The position numbers were made by a program, and so were the translations under genes. A stretch of DNA of 64,000 bases from NCBI GenBank assembly GCA_964270895.1, contig OZ185453.1. One strand, 5' to 3'. Within the stretch, counting starts at the first letter, position 1; every line of letters begins with the position of its first letter. The stretch comes from Podarcis filfolensis (Eukaryota). The notes under the pieces are model-generated. The model had not been told where the DNA came from. It made no database searches and saw nothing but the letters and a program-made list of their open reading frames with translations. This document shows, in pieces, positions 50,883-63,331 of the stretch.

Positions 50883-52110
50883 CTGAAAAAACAAAAGCAG
50901 AATAATAGTTAGCAATGTCTCTTACCATCATCTATAGTTTTTAAATAAAATATTACGCTATTACTTAATAATATTATTCATTTCATTTCTATTTGGCTGT
51001 CTGGAATAGATATCACGATTGTCAACTCCAACAAAGCTTTCATAAGTTTATTATTATTATTGACATTTATGAGTTGTATGTCTCAATTATATGTTATATA
51101 TTTACTTTCATCCAAAAGTTCTAGAACATTAATTTATGTCTTATGGTTCCTATATTACTTATCACAATGTTTTTGCAGCCCCTCTTTTTTAAAAAAGCTA
51201 CTTTATTTGAAGATTTTCTTGCTTTCATTAACCACCATTAAGCCCTCTCATGTTTCTATGAAGTCCTAGAATTTCTCAATTACAAGATCCTTGCCCACAA
51301 TTACCAATGCACAGTTGAAGGGAAATATTGGGTGTGTTCTAGCACACACCATTTCATCGGAGGAAAGCCAAACTGACACGAATGACAACTTATATAACTG
51401 AATGAATGGAACATTTCCTAAAGTCCTCTACTGCAGTTTTCTGAAATACTTGCATCACAAAGTTTTCTGGTGCCCTAGGGTGCTTTAACTGAGCATATTT
51501 ATTTTACTTGTATTTACTGACTTGTGGGGTTTGTTTCATTCTTGTTTTTGTAACTAAGTCTCATTTTATTTGAAAGTCCACACACTGGCTGACTAGATCT
51601 GCTACGGAATTACAACTTAAAAACATTTTTGGTTCCTTTGCCTGTTCATACTTAATGCTAGATAACTCACCTTCACTTTCTTTATTAAGGTTTATAACAG
51701 TGCATTTCCTGAGCTTTTGGAAGTAGAGGCATCCTTTTTCAGACATAAAAATCAGTCCTACACTTCACTCACACCTGCAAAATTTACTTTCAGTGTGTAT
51801 AACACCACTAAGAACTACTTACCCACAGAGGAGCCTACTCACAGTTTTTTCTGCACAAGTCATTGATCAGAGTGTGGCTCCTATCTAGAAAGAGCTAAGA
51901 GATGAAGCCGGAAGCCCTTGCTGCAGCTGGGTACTTTGGGTTACAGGCCCTTAAAATATTTAGGGTGGAATTCAACTGGATACTTTGTGCTCACAGAAGA
52001 ATATTTCATCTAGAGGACAGTTCTCCTAATGGAAGAGGAGGGGAGGTGAATTTGCTGATTTACCTTCATGCCTGAATTCCCTCCTCTTCCATCAGAGGCG
52101 GCATCCACCA

Positions 52111-52447
52111 GGATAGCTCGGCTGGATAGAGTGTGGTGCTGATAATGCCAAGGTTGCAAGTTTGATTCCCATATGGGACAACTGCATATTCCTGCATTGC
52201 AGGGGGTTAGACTAGATCAGAGCTTTCCAAACTGTGTGTCGGCTGCAGTGTGTAGGTGTGTCGTGCAAACGTTCCCTACACTCCTCCCGAGGCTGATAAG
52301 GGGTTAGTTTAACCTCCAGTTTGCTAGTAAAACTGAATTACTGTGTCGCAAAATGATACATGTCCAAAAAGTGTGTCCCCAGCATGAAAATTTTGGAAAG
52401 CTCTGGACTAGATGATTCCCAGGGTCCCTTCCAACCAGATTCTATGA
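52111..52447 (+). mobile_element. tRNA-Ile-headed SINE with CR1-like tail, split by a hAT MITE
   Basis: ggatagctcggctggatagagtgtggtgctgataatgccaaggttgcaagtttgattccc head; tail ttcctgcattgcagggggttagactagat//gattcccagggtcccttccaacc. Confidence 0.82.
52218..52405. mobile_element. hAT MITE, 188 bp
   Basis: 14-bp perfect TIR CAGAGCTTTCCAAA/TTTGGAAAGCTCTG; perfect 8-bp TSD gactagat (52210-52217, 52406-52413). Confidence 0.92.
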
Positions 52448-53519
52448 AAGGCCCTTCTGTGAGTACAACAGCACCAAATGTATTCCACCTTTAATTTCTT
52501 TCTCATAGCGTGATAGTGCACTCCGCCACACGTATTTGGAATTTAGTCTAACACCTACCTTCCTGCTGTCATGCCTTTTTACGCTTGCAGGTTCCCCCCC
52601 AGTACTGCTTGATTTTGAAATAGCAAATTATGCTACTGATCTAGAAGCATGTCAATCCCTTGGACACTCTCCTTCACTTGAACAGTCTCACCTGCCTCTT
52701 GACTAAGTTTTTTCTGTGGCACCTGTTTGGAGGAGCAGAAGGAAGAATAATTTGGATATAGTGTAACAGTTCATAATGCTTTTAAATCACAACTTTTTAA
52801 ATCATTGTTGGGAGGGGATCTTTTTTGCTTACATTTTTTACAATGCTCTGAAAACATGTTCTGTATTTTTCTGTTTCATTATGCTGTGGAAGGATTCAAA
52901 TTCAGTTTTTGCTGTTTGTTTTCTTTGTTCTAAAAACATCTATTCTTCAAAGTTATGGAAGTTCCTACTATGAGATTAATGTAACTCACAATGAATGAAT
53001 TATTGTATCAAGTATAGCTTTGTGCCAGGCTGCAATTAAGAATAACTAAGAAATACAAAATCCATTGTATAGAGACCAAATAATCTGTTATGAAGCATTT
53101 CTGGTAAAAGATTCATCCAGAATATTCTCTATGCCTAGAAGTCTCTTAGAAATTGGTTTGGCAGATCCATCTTCAAAAATGAATTTAGTATATACTCTTA
53201 TTATCTGAAAGGAAAACTTCTGACATTACAGTACTCTCAAATTACACAAATTGGAACACTCACAGTTAAATATAATGCCTCTGATAACTGACTTTCCCTA
53301 AGTACATAGCTTGTAATGATAATTAATTAATGTTAAAATCTATATTAAAGGCTTATGGTCTCACATCTACTGCAACTTCTTAAGAATTGTGTTGCAGGAC
53401 AAACAAGGAATTGGGAGCCAATGATGTTAGCAGTGTCAAAAGAACTGATGAGTACTCATTTGTACACTCCTATTTAAGTCAGTCGCATGGGAATATAAAG
53501 AGCTGCCATATATGTCAAG

Positions 53520-53610
53520 GGTGGGGAACCAGCCAGCATGGCACCAGTCAGGGATAACAGGAGCTCTTGCTCAACAACATCTGGAAGGCCAAAGGTTCCC
53601 CACCCTGATA
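53520..53610. mobile_element. Internally deleted copy of the short palindromic hAT MITE
   Basis: ggtggggaacc...caacaacatctggaaggccaaaggttccccaccctg. Confidence 0.6.
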
Positions 53611-56364
53611 TCAGTGCTACAGCTCTGTCTGTCACTCTCATTTCTAGAATAGATGAATGTAGATCCATTAGGAGCTTATACCTGCAGTTTATATGGAATG
53701 TACATGAGAAAAGTACAACCTTAAATCTGCAGATATGTTTGTATACTGTAGCAGCGTGCAGGTCAGAGTTGTACTGACCTCATTGCCCTGTGTACTCTTT
53801 TCTGGTTCAGACTGCACACATCACTCTTCAAACATAGATCACCATCTTTCTGCTCTAGAGCATGAGATCCAAAGTGTGATATGCAAAAATGTGATTAGCC
53901 AATGATATGTTGGGACAGCTCTACAGTTGTCATGGCAGTCATAAAACTCTGAATTGCCTCAAAAAGGCTCCTCATGGACCACAACCATCCTTTTGAGAAC
54001 ATCTAGAACAAGTCAGGTAGGAGAATGGCGGGAAGCAGGAAAGGCTTGCTTTGGGTGAGGGGGATAAGATTTAACTTTCGAAATTGGAGTTCAACAGGAC
54101 AGGAAGCCTGGTGAGTGTGATGGAATCCTCAGAGACTATGATCCTCCCTCCACCCCCACCCCCCATCATTAAGCCAAGGCTCTATGGCTCGTTTATCTCA
54201 TAATTCAATATTCTTAACTTGTTTCCGCTGAAGAGGAAGTTCATCTCATTTCACACGCCACTCTTTAATTTGTAGGAATTTGAGAGTTAAGATATTAGTA
54301 GCACAAAATCTTTGAAGATGCAAGTTAAACCTGCTGAAGTACAGCTTGCTTCTCAGTGGTGAATAACAGGATGGTTGAAATAGAGAGTACAGATGAAGTG
54401 CTGGTAACAAAGCCCCAACAAACTGGTTTGCTTAGTTCAAGCAGTAAATGAGCTAGCTTCCATTCCATTTCAGGCATGTTGTGGACAAAGCATATTCACA
54501 ATTTCTGTGAATAAGTTCTCTGCATTTTTGACGTAAAAGTGACACAAAATGAGCACAAATGTTTTATGCCATATATTAACTAGCAAGATGTCTACCAAAT
54601 GGTGGGAATGCCTATGGAAATGTAGATCCAACTTGGGATATAGCCAAAAGAATGGGTAAAGGAACAAATCAACTTCTTTTCCTTGATAGCTTTGATCTGT
54701 CTTTATTTGGCATACCCCCACGTCATTTCACTCTCTGGGTCAATTTCTTCTGCTTCATCTTTGCTTTACTGCAGCTGCATACCCCTTTTTTCAGTCCCAT
54801 TAAACTGTAGTCCACCCACACTGTCACATTATTCAGAGAAAAGCCCAGTACAACCAATCCCCACCAGGAAGTCAATGTCTCTTTCTTTTTCAAAATAATT
54901 TTTTATGAATGATTTTCTTTCTTTACTTATGTTGATTGCTAAATACAGATCCACACCGAAAGTAGAGATTAATGTAGCAACTGCTGACGTCACAAAGAAA
55001 GTTCTTCATCCTTAATGCGAGAGAAATCTGTGCTGTTTCCCTTCACAGTTCAAGGGAAAGGGTCTTTTTGTAGGCCTCTCTTGCAGATGAAAGGTTGTAG
55101 GCCCACCAAACATAAGCTGTTACTTTTCTCTCCCTCTGGTTTCAGACTATACCTCTCCCAGATAAAGGGAGAGCTGTTTGGGAGGAAAAGGTGGAACAGT
55201 GACAGAGAGGTATAGGACATTATTATATTCTAAATGCTTTTCATGAATATTACCCTCAACAGAAAACCAAGTACTGGGGGCAGGGGGGGGGGGATTAGTC
55301 ATCTTCAAGCACATTTAATGTCCTTGAAAGACGCTAGATGTAGAAGTGCAAGAAACAGAGCCACTCTGTTTCTAGCAGAGTGCATCTTATGTAAGCAACA
55401 GCACTTCCCCCAGCACTGCCTTGACAGAGTCATGACACTGAAAGGCTAACACAGAGTGGGGGGTGAAAGGGTAATTTAGACAGTTTTCAATAAACAAGGT
55501 CATTAACAATGCTACTTATGAAGAATAGCAATATGGAGACGTCATTAACTGAACTCTTAGTCACACCAGCTCTGCTATTTCTTTCACTACAGTGCAATTT
55601 ACTGAACAAGCAGTTTTATTTTTTATTGTGTATGCTCTATATAAAAGCCCACCAAATACATTAAACATCCATTCCCCCTATTCCTTCCTCTATTGCCAAC
55701 ACGACTGTCAAAATATGCTCTTCTGGGTGGAGATCCTTATTCTTTAGTTAAATATGCTATCTTGCAAGACATCATATGCAGTACATTAGTCACAGTCTAT
55801 AAATAAATTTTTTTTAATTTAAAAAACTACTACTAAGAACTGGCCATGTTTGCACATAATGCTAAACCATAAAAGCCTGGGTTATGAAACTATACTGTGC
55901 AGAAATGCCTCCCTTTATGAGAGTGGATAAACAAATCTCAATAAAGATAGCCTAACATACCAGATCAATCTGGCATTGTGGTTTGTTTCACTTTAACCGC
56001 CTTGAACTACAGTTTTCTATTGGATTGGCAATTGTGGTTTCCTGGGTCAAGGAAAACCAGGTTTGGATGTTACATTAAGCTATGGTTTACTTGCTCATGC
56101 AAAGCGAAGCACGCAGCTCATGCACAAATTGTTTTCTGTGTTTGAAAACAAAAGCTTGATTCACCCAAAAATACATTCATTAATAAAAGTCATTAATGTT
56201 TTATTGTTAAACAAAACTTATTGTTGAGCAGTAAAAACACTTAAGATCAGAGTATAACATAGTAAGTTCATATTAGGTGGATACTTGTCGGGGCAAGGGG
56301 GAAGTTACTTACTTACTGAGTAAGTAAACACATTCACAGTGATTTTTTAAAAGTGTTCTCTTAC

Positions 56365-56450
56365 ATCTTTTGCAGGACTTGGGCCATCACGACTCCATTG
56401 GTTAAATCATCCACAGTCTGGCATGGTGCTTCAACATTAAATGTCTGGAT
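56365..56450 (-). CDS. HOOK3: HOOK3 exon 2 (N-terminal Hook/calponin-homology domain)
   Basis: 86 nt IQTFNVEAPCQTVDDLTNGVVMAQVLQK(I); cag/gtaag. Confidence 0.96.
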
Positions 56451-56700
56451 CTGAGGAGGAAAAGGTACATTTAGTCAAGTTACACTGTATTGCATCACAC
56501 CAGCACATCAAGAGATTTCAAAAGCACTGCAGCTCTTACTAGCTGACTACAATACATTATATTATTTATACAATGCAGAGAAAAGTAACAAACGAAAACA
56601 ATTTAGCCCAAAAGGATAAATACACTGTCCCTACTGGTAATCAAAATTGTAAATAAAAAACTAATGACTTCCTCCGCAAGGCAGTAACTCTCTCAGCCCC

Positions 56701-56862
56701 TTTATTTATTTTACAATTTATTGATTATATCTCACCTTTCCTTCAATAAGCTCAAAGTGGCACACACAATTCTCCTCCCTCTCCATTTTATCCTCACAAC
56801 AAATCTGTGAGGTAGGTTAGGCTGAGAGACCATGACTGGTCGAAGGTCACCCAGCAAGCTTT
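56701..56862 (-). mobile_element. MIR/CORE-like SINE with L2-type tail
   Basis: ttatcctcacaacaaatctgtgaggtaggttaggctgagag...aaggtcacccagc; reverse complement resembles 60180-60378. Confidence 0.65.
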
Positions 56863-59764
56863 AGGGGTGAACAATCATGAACAGTCCTCATAAAGTGATG
56901 GATCCTTTAACAGGGTATCTACATTAGATTTCCCCAGCCCTCCAGTCACTATGAAATTTACTTTCCGTAGGTGGTATGGTAGCTGAGCCAATGACATCTT
57001 GGCCCTTTTAATAAAACTTCTGCTATGAAGATGCCCTCAGAAGGTGACTGTTAAAAATCACTGTAGGTTAAATGTGTCAACTGAACTTAACTCAAGAGAA
57101 AATAAATTATATGATCTGCACAGATCATATAATGGCACATTAGGTTAAAGTTTCTTTTTATGTCACTTTTCAATCAAACATGACTCACAAGAATAAAATA
57201 CAAAAATGCAAACTAAAAAGCAAAAGCAAAATAAAGTTAGTATCAATCAAATCCAACAACAGTGACAAAGGGCACAGTATCTCACACAAGAACCAATGTA
57301 TCTATGTGTGAATTTGAGCAAGAGTATCCATGGATAAGAAGCCCTTATCGGGATATTTCTGCATGCTGTGTCTTGGCTCTTTCCCTCAATTAATACTTCC
57401 AAACTTCCACACAGTCCATCATATTTTCTTATCTGGAGATGCACAGGTATTTCTATACCTGAAGGCGCACACCTTTAGAAGCAATTTCCACAGGGTGGAA
57501 GTGTGCATAACAGAAGATTGCATCATAAATTTGTTAAGCATTTTGCGTACTTTCCCCTAAAAGTGAATGTTGTTTTTCTCTGCACATTGACATGCTATAA
57601 ATAACCACTCTAAGCTTCTTTGACTTTGAAATTACACCCCTTTCCACCTTTAAAATACATATTTTGGCCTTCCTGACATGCTGTGATGGAAATGCAATTC
57701 ACCTCTTCCCTGTCTGCAGCAGCCACCTTCCCTGCCTTCTAGCCAAGTGTGCAACACCAACTCTGTAATATTTGATAATAGTGGTGATTGCAACATTAAG
57801 ACAATGTCTGCCCATTATCTCCTCCTTTTAGTGTGTGAATGTCTTCTCAAAACTAAGTCTCTGCATTCCCAGTATATGATATTCAGGAGTAAGTGGCCTC
57901 TAAACTTGAAACTTTTAGCTAGAATTTATTTAAAAAGTGACCTTTCTCCCACAGCGCAAAAAAAGATAACCTCAAAACAAAACATTAACAATAATCAATG
58001 ATGCTGTTACATGCCACCCCCGTCTCGAAACATGGTATCTGTATGATATATAGTTTATTTACACACATATACAACCTGCAGCTATGATAGAGGGGCTCAC
58101 ACCATTATCACTCCAGCAAAGTTCTGTTTTTCCCACTGCTACAGCCTTGGATTAAAAAAGAAACCAACCTTTCAACATATGGAAGTCCTACTCCCAACAT
58201 TAGAGAACTCCTTGTTCCACAAAGTTTTGAGTCAGTGGACTTAGCTGTGGGCACAAGCTCACTTCCACATTTAAGCTCATCATCTTCTTGCACTCTGGGA
58301 AGGACTAAACATTCCAAAATACTTGTGCATTATGTTAAAAATGGTGATTAAAAACACAGCTGCCTCCTCCCCTTTCATAATAGGTGTTGGCATTGCTAAT
58401 ACCTGCCTTGGTTCCTCCTTTTTAAAACTTTCAGTTTTCTGGTCACTATGTGTTTTTGCAGTGGCAGCCATGTTATTAACATACATTATCTGGGGGGGGG
58501 GAATGGGGGCTAGGACTTGGGGTAGGGGGAGAAATAAAAATGGAAGCTGGAAGACACTTGACAGTGATCAGTACTGCCTACAAGGTACTTTGGCTGAGAG
58601 CCCGTACAACCTTGACCCCATCCCTGGTTTTACTAGACGTTATGGCAAGGGATGTTCCTTGGCAGCAGCTGATCTTTTATTTTATTTTTATTGTTGCAAA
58701 GTTCCAGTTGCAAAGAGGCCAGTTTTGGCCTCATCAGATTGCAAATGAATGGGAAGCACCTGGAATAGCTGAGGGATGCCTACTTCCTGCTTCAGAGAGG
58801 GAGAATATTTTGGAAACTTACAACTGAGAAATCATAAAACCCAAGGCATGCTGGCATGTGTTATACTGCAAACAAAGTGGCTGCTCTGAAAACAAACACT
58901 CTCAACACACAAACTACTTTAGGAACTTAAGTCCTTCTGTAGAATGCAGTATTCTACAGTGCATGAACAACAATTTTCAAACCTATTTCCTAACCCTGGA
59001 GAGTAGAAATATCCAACCAGTTCTTCATAATAAAACAGGAAGTTAACACCCTGGAAAAAGAATGGGAACACATTTCACCCTGCCCATCTTCACCCAGCTG
59101 CTATTTTTTATATATATGTAGAGTTTCAGCTAAACAAGCTTGTCGACCTACCGATCATTTAATCTACCCTAACCAGTTCTTAAAATGTTCACAAACAGGT
59201 TAGAGTGCTTGGGTGGATGTGGAAAGTTTCACAAGCAGCTCAGGGACAAGTTTAACTCATTTTCTCACCCAAGTTATCAAAAATACATTTTGGAACAGCC
59301 TTCCATCAAATAATTAACATACACGCTTTGGACACAAATGTTAACACTGGAAATTTCCTTTCAGTTGATATCTAAGTGGCTCAAAGCCTTTAACAACAGG
59401 AAAGTCTTCTGTTTGTATGCAGCTTCTTCTTGATTTTGATTGCACATTGTTATTCTTATTATCCATTGTTAGGTGCCCTGAAAGGAAGACTGACAGGTTT
59501 CAGTACATATTTTAAAATAAACTGTGTACTATGACTTATTAATATCTGTTAATCTCAATGTGAACAGATGCCCTGGGCCCAGGAAACACCCTTACGCATG
59601 CCCTTTCCTTTCCAATTTGGTTCAGATGTTACCATCTCAGTCCAATGAACCACAATTTGTGTAATTGGAAACAAGCTTTGTGCTCACATGCTCCCCCTCC
59701 CTTATTTAAATATTTACAGGCTTTATTTAACCATACTCTGTGACTTTGAAACCAAGGAAGCTAT

Positions 59765-59875
59765 TGCTGCCTTCCAGATGTTTGGACTACAATTCCCATC
59801 ATCCAATGACCATTGGCCTTGCTTCCTGGGGCTAATGGAGTTTTAATTCCCAACCAACTAGAGGGGTACCACGCA
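59765..59875. mobile_element. Degenerate short palindromic hAT MITE
   Basis: ccttccagatgtttggactacaattcccatcatcc...; same family as 42462-42589. Confidence 0.6.
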
Positions 59876-60179
59876 ATGTTAGAAACTCAGATATATAACC
59901 TAATTGCCAAATGGCACCTTAAAACTACAGCAGAATGTCTAGGCACCATCCACCCCCCAAATAAGATTTATTGTTATTATTATTTTTCATTTCATTTCAA
60001 GACTGCTTTATATTTTAAAGGGGAAAAACTCAGTGCTTTACAACACATTAAAACATTAAATAAAGCAATCCAAATAAAACAAATTCATTCTGCAAGTGAC
60101 ATTTTGCTTTCTCCATATTTATTTACCTACTTAATTTATATAGCTGCCCCATAGCAGAAGTACTCTAGGAAGCCACTAT

Positions 60180-60378
60180 GGTATTGTGGTGAGAGTGTTG
60201 GACAAGCACCTTGAAGATCAGGGTTCAAATCCCCACTCAGTCATAAAGCTCACTGGGTGACCTTGGGCCAGTCACAGCCTCTTAACCTACATCACGGGGT
60301 CACTGTAGGGAATAACTGAGGAGGGGGTGAACCAAGTACACCTTGGAGAAAAAGGTGGGATATAAATGCAATAAATAA
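60180..60378 (+). mobile_element. MIR/CORE-like tRNA SINE with L2-type tail
   Basis: ggtattgtggtgagagtgttggac...gggttcaaatccccactcag...gggtgaccttgggccagtcac...gggatataaatgcaataaataa. Confidence 0.7.
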
Positions 60379-60785
60379 GCTCTTCTGCTTACCTGCTTAA
60401 GAAAGCTGGGGAGGGGTCAGCCAGGTGGAGATGTCAGCCACCAAACTGGCATCCAGAGATCTCCACATGGTCACAACTGGACCCGCACCAGTCACAAAAC
60501 ACACCTGGCACATGGCTAATTTCAAACACTGACACCACGTTAAGCAAAGCTGGTTTAAGGAATCCCTACTTTGTGATTCCTCCATCATGGTTTGATATCC
60601 TGGGCCATAGGAATCACCTGTACAGACACCACAAGAAACTGTGGTTTCTCCAACCTCTGGAAATCTTGAATTAAGGCACACAAGATAAGTGAACAGACAA
60701 ATGGATTTTTCTCAGTCCAATAAACTATGATTTGTTAAACTGAGATAATTATGTTTCAAGTGTCAAGCCACTCCAACAGCTGACT

Positions 60786-60909
60786 TTCAAAAGCATTTGC
60801 AGGCAGCCCTGTATCAGAAAGTTTTAATGTTGATGTTTTAGTATGTTCCGATATATGCTGTGAGCCACCCAGAGTGGCTGGGGAAACCCAGCCAGATGGG
60901 AGAGGTATA

Positions 60910-60951
<42 letters not shown>
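60786..60951 (+). mobile_element. Short L2 3' end with (AAT)n tail
   Basis: ccacccagagtggctggggaaacccagccagatgggagaggtataaataataa matches the L2 3'UTR at 26315-26370. Confidence 0.85.
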
Positions 60952-60952
<1 letters not shown>

Positions 60953-61851
60953 CCTACAGTGCTACAGACGCACTGTGACTGAATGTGCATGAAAGGGTGC
61001 GTGCAATATTCAGCAGTAACCTCCATTGTACATTCATGGCATTTCTTCTTTGGATCCCAGCCCATAATTCCAACATAGGCATGTCAGTGAAACAAGAAAA
61101 TCTTCTGAACTAGTCAACTCTAAGCAGAATTCAGTGCCACAGCACGGACAGAATGACTCAAGTTTGTGTAACAGACATATGACACAGACTCCTTTTTGTC
61201 AATTTCATTCCTACCAAGCAAATATTCTGATGAAAAATCATTCTCTCTTGCTTACAACTTACTAAATTGTGTGTGCAAATATACCTTCTTCCCATCATTG
61301 ATAGATAAATAAATAAATAGAATAGGAATCTGTTAAATCAGTTGCTTTATAGAACCCTAAAAATTTAAGTTTTTAAAATAAAAAGAACAGCCACCACCTT
61401 ACAGACCATAAGTATAGGACTGCTGCAAATATGTTTGAGAAACATTTCTCAAAGGCTGTGCTGCAGTCCATAGTGCTATAGTTCACAGACATGAAGAATT
61501 CCAAATCTGAACCCAATAACCACATTACTCAAAAAGTCTTCATTGCTGATTGTTGTTAGTTACAAACCACATACTATCCATAATGTAGTAAATTGTCTTC
61601 CTCAGTCTGTACCAATTAGCACACACAGATTTTGCAAATGCTTCTAATATTGGTCTCCATTAGAACTATCAAAACAAAAAGGTCCTGCAAATGCCTTTAT
61701 TTTAAAATGCTTTTGTTCTATTCAATAAAAGCAACCAAGAGAGTTTTCTACATAGGGTTGGATGCAAGTTAACTTTAATTGATGTTTGGGGCAGTCCCTG
61801 ACTCCATCTTCCCTGGAGCTACTTAAGTCTTGAGGGAATTGAGGAAAGGCA

Positions 61852-62158
61852 CAGGGCTGTCTTACCCATAGGCACTAGGGGTGCGGGGCACCCGGGCGCC
61901 AGGCTCTCAGGGGCGCCAGGCCAAGAGCCCAGGGCCCAAGAGTTGAGTCTGGGGAAGAGCCCGACTGTCAGTCAGAGCACTGCAACGGGCTTTTCTGCTG
62001 CGGGCGGCTCTGCACCGCGAGTTTGGGGGCGACTGAGCCAGCAAGATGCTGAGGCAGCCGGGTGGCCCCGCCCTCCTGCGTGCCTGGGACTGGGCAACCA
62101 GGGGCGGCGCCAGGTGGATCTTTGCACCCTGGCGCCGCATATGCTTAAGACAGCCCTG
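61852..62158. mobile_element. Young GC-rich hAT MITE, 307 bp
   Basis: 13-bp perfect TIR CAGGGCTGTCTTA/TAAGACAGCCCTG; perfect 8-bp TSD gaaaggca (61844-61851, 62159-62166). Confidence 0.92.
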
Positions 62159-62840
62159 GAAAGGCAGAAGAAAAAGAGCCCAGGTAAGAGTCCTTGAGTC
62201 ATCCAGTTCTGAAGAGACCACCACTTGGCCTTAGAGGACTCTGTTGCTCTACATTTTATACCATTTATTCTTTCGGTATTTTAAAACTGTATACTACTTC
62301 AGGTGCCTTGCTATAAAAATGGTATATAATAAATGCAACAAGTAAGTATTGCAAGTGCTATGTATTTCACTGGGTTGACTCTTAAGAATAACTAAATATG
62401 CATCCAACCCATAAATGTTTCTCATACTGATGACAAGTCAGTTTAAGGAGAAACACTGTGGTCATGTCAAAACCTGTGAAAGTAGTAGCAGAGTAGTAAT
62501 TTGTAAGATCAACTAACTATAAAGTCCTGGGTATTTACAAGCTTATGAACAAGTACAACTGTGTGACTTGAAGAACACATCATACCAGTGTGTCTGGATT
62601 TAGGTCTCTGCTTCCTTTGGAAGTGCAGAGTATGAGCTACAAAATTAACAGAGAGCGTTCTCTTAAACCTACCAGCTAAACACCAACATAGGATTGCAAA
62701 GGCATTCCTGGTAGCTACCCTCACCTAAATGAAAAATATTCCCCTAGAGACTCACTAAAACCCAAGTTTCTTCCAGAAGCAGCATAAGACATGATGTATC
62801 AAATGATTCCCATTGACAAGAACTAAAGTGCTATTAGGAT

Positions 62841-63037
62841 ATAAGAAGGAACATAGGAAGCTGTCTTATATAGAGTCAGAATACTGGTCCATCTAGCTGA
62901 GTGTTGTCCACAATGACTGTAAGTGGGTCTGCAGGATTACCAAGAGGGTTCTCTCCCAACCCTACCTGCAGATGCCAGAGGACCAACCTGGAACCTTCTA
63001 CATGCAAAGCAGATTATCTACCACTGAGCTACAGCCC
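62841..63037 (-). mobile_element. tRNA-Ala(TGC)-headed SINE with long CR1-like tail
   Basis: gggctgtagctcagtggtagataatctgctttgcatgtagaaggttccagg head; tail ctagatggaccagtattctgactctatataagacagcttcctatgttcc. Confidence 0.8.
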
Positions 63038-63287
63038 TTCTGCAATTTATTCTAGTCACCCATCCATAACTATACATTATAATTTTAAAAACTTATTTGA
63101 ATTAAACTGTAAATGGAATGGGCTTGCTTAATCCCTTTTCTCTCTCCCTTAAAGGTTATGCTGATTTAGGCAACGAGAAAGACAATGCACAAATGGGATA
63201 CATCTGTCTGCACTGTAAATGCAGAAAACAAGGTCACTGAAATAGGGAAAAGAGAATAATTTATTCTGAAATGCATTTTCATAATAT

Positions 63288-63288
<1 letters not shown>

Positions 63289-63330
<42 letters not shown>
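63289..63330. repeat. (AAT)n microsatellite
   Basis: Directly visible, about 14 units. Confidence 0.95.

Positions 63331-63331
<1 letters not shown>

Larger units (their letters stand above)
51963..52490. mobile_element. PIF/Harbinger-like palindromic MITE (outer layer of a nested cluster)
   Basis: tta|GGGTGGAATT...ATTCCACCT|tta; imperfect arms ...gtgctcacagaag / cttctgtgagtac...; central hairpin tggaagaggaggg / ccctcctcttcca. Confidence 0.6.

Noticed and set aside
54985-54992. Perfect CRE palindrome TGACGTCA in HOOK3 intron 2
   Set aside because: About one 8-mer match is expected by chance in 64 kb; no supporting context without conservation or ChIP data
56444-56452. Alternative acceptor (cag|ATCCAG) removing Ile-Gln from HOOK3 exon 2
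   Set aside because: Tandem AGs are common; no evidence of use from sequence alone
61907-62234. GC-rich ORFs / apparent CpG island as HOOK3 promoter or exon 1
   Set aside because: Bounded by TIRs and a TSD, so it is a MITE; the expected exon-1 peptide (MFSVESLERAELCESLLTW-like) was not found, so exon 1 is probably beyond the window
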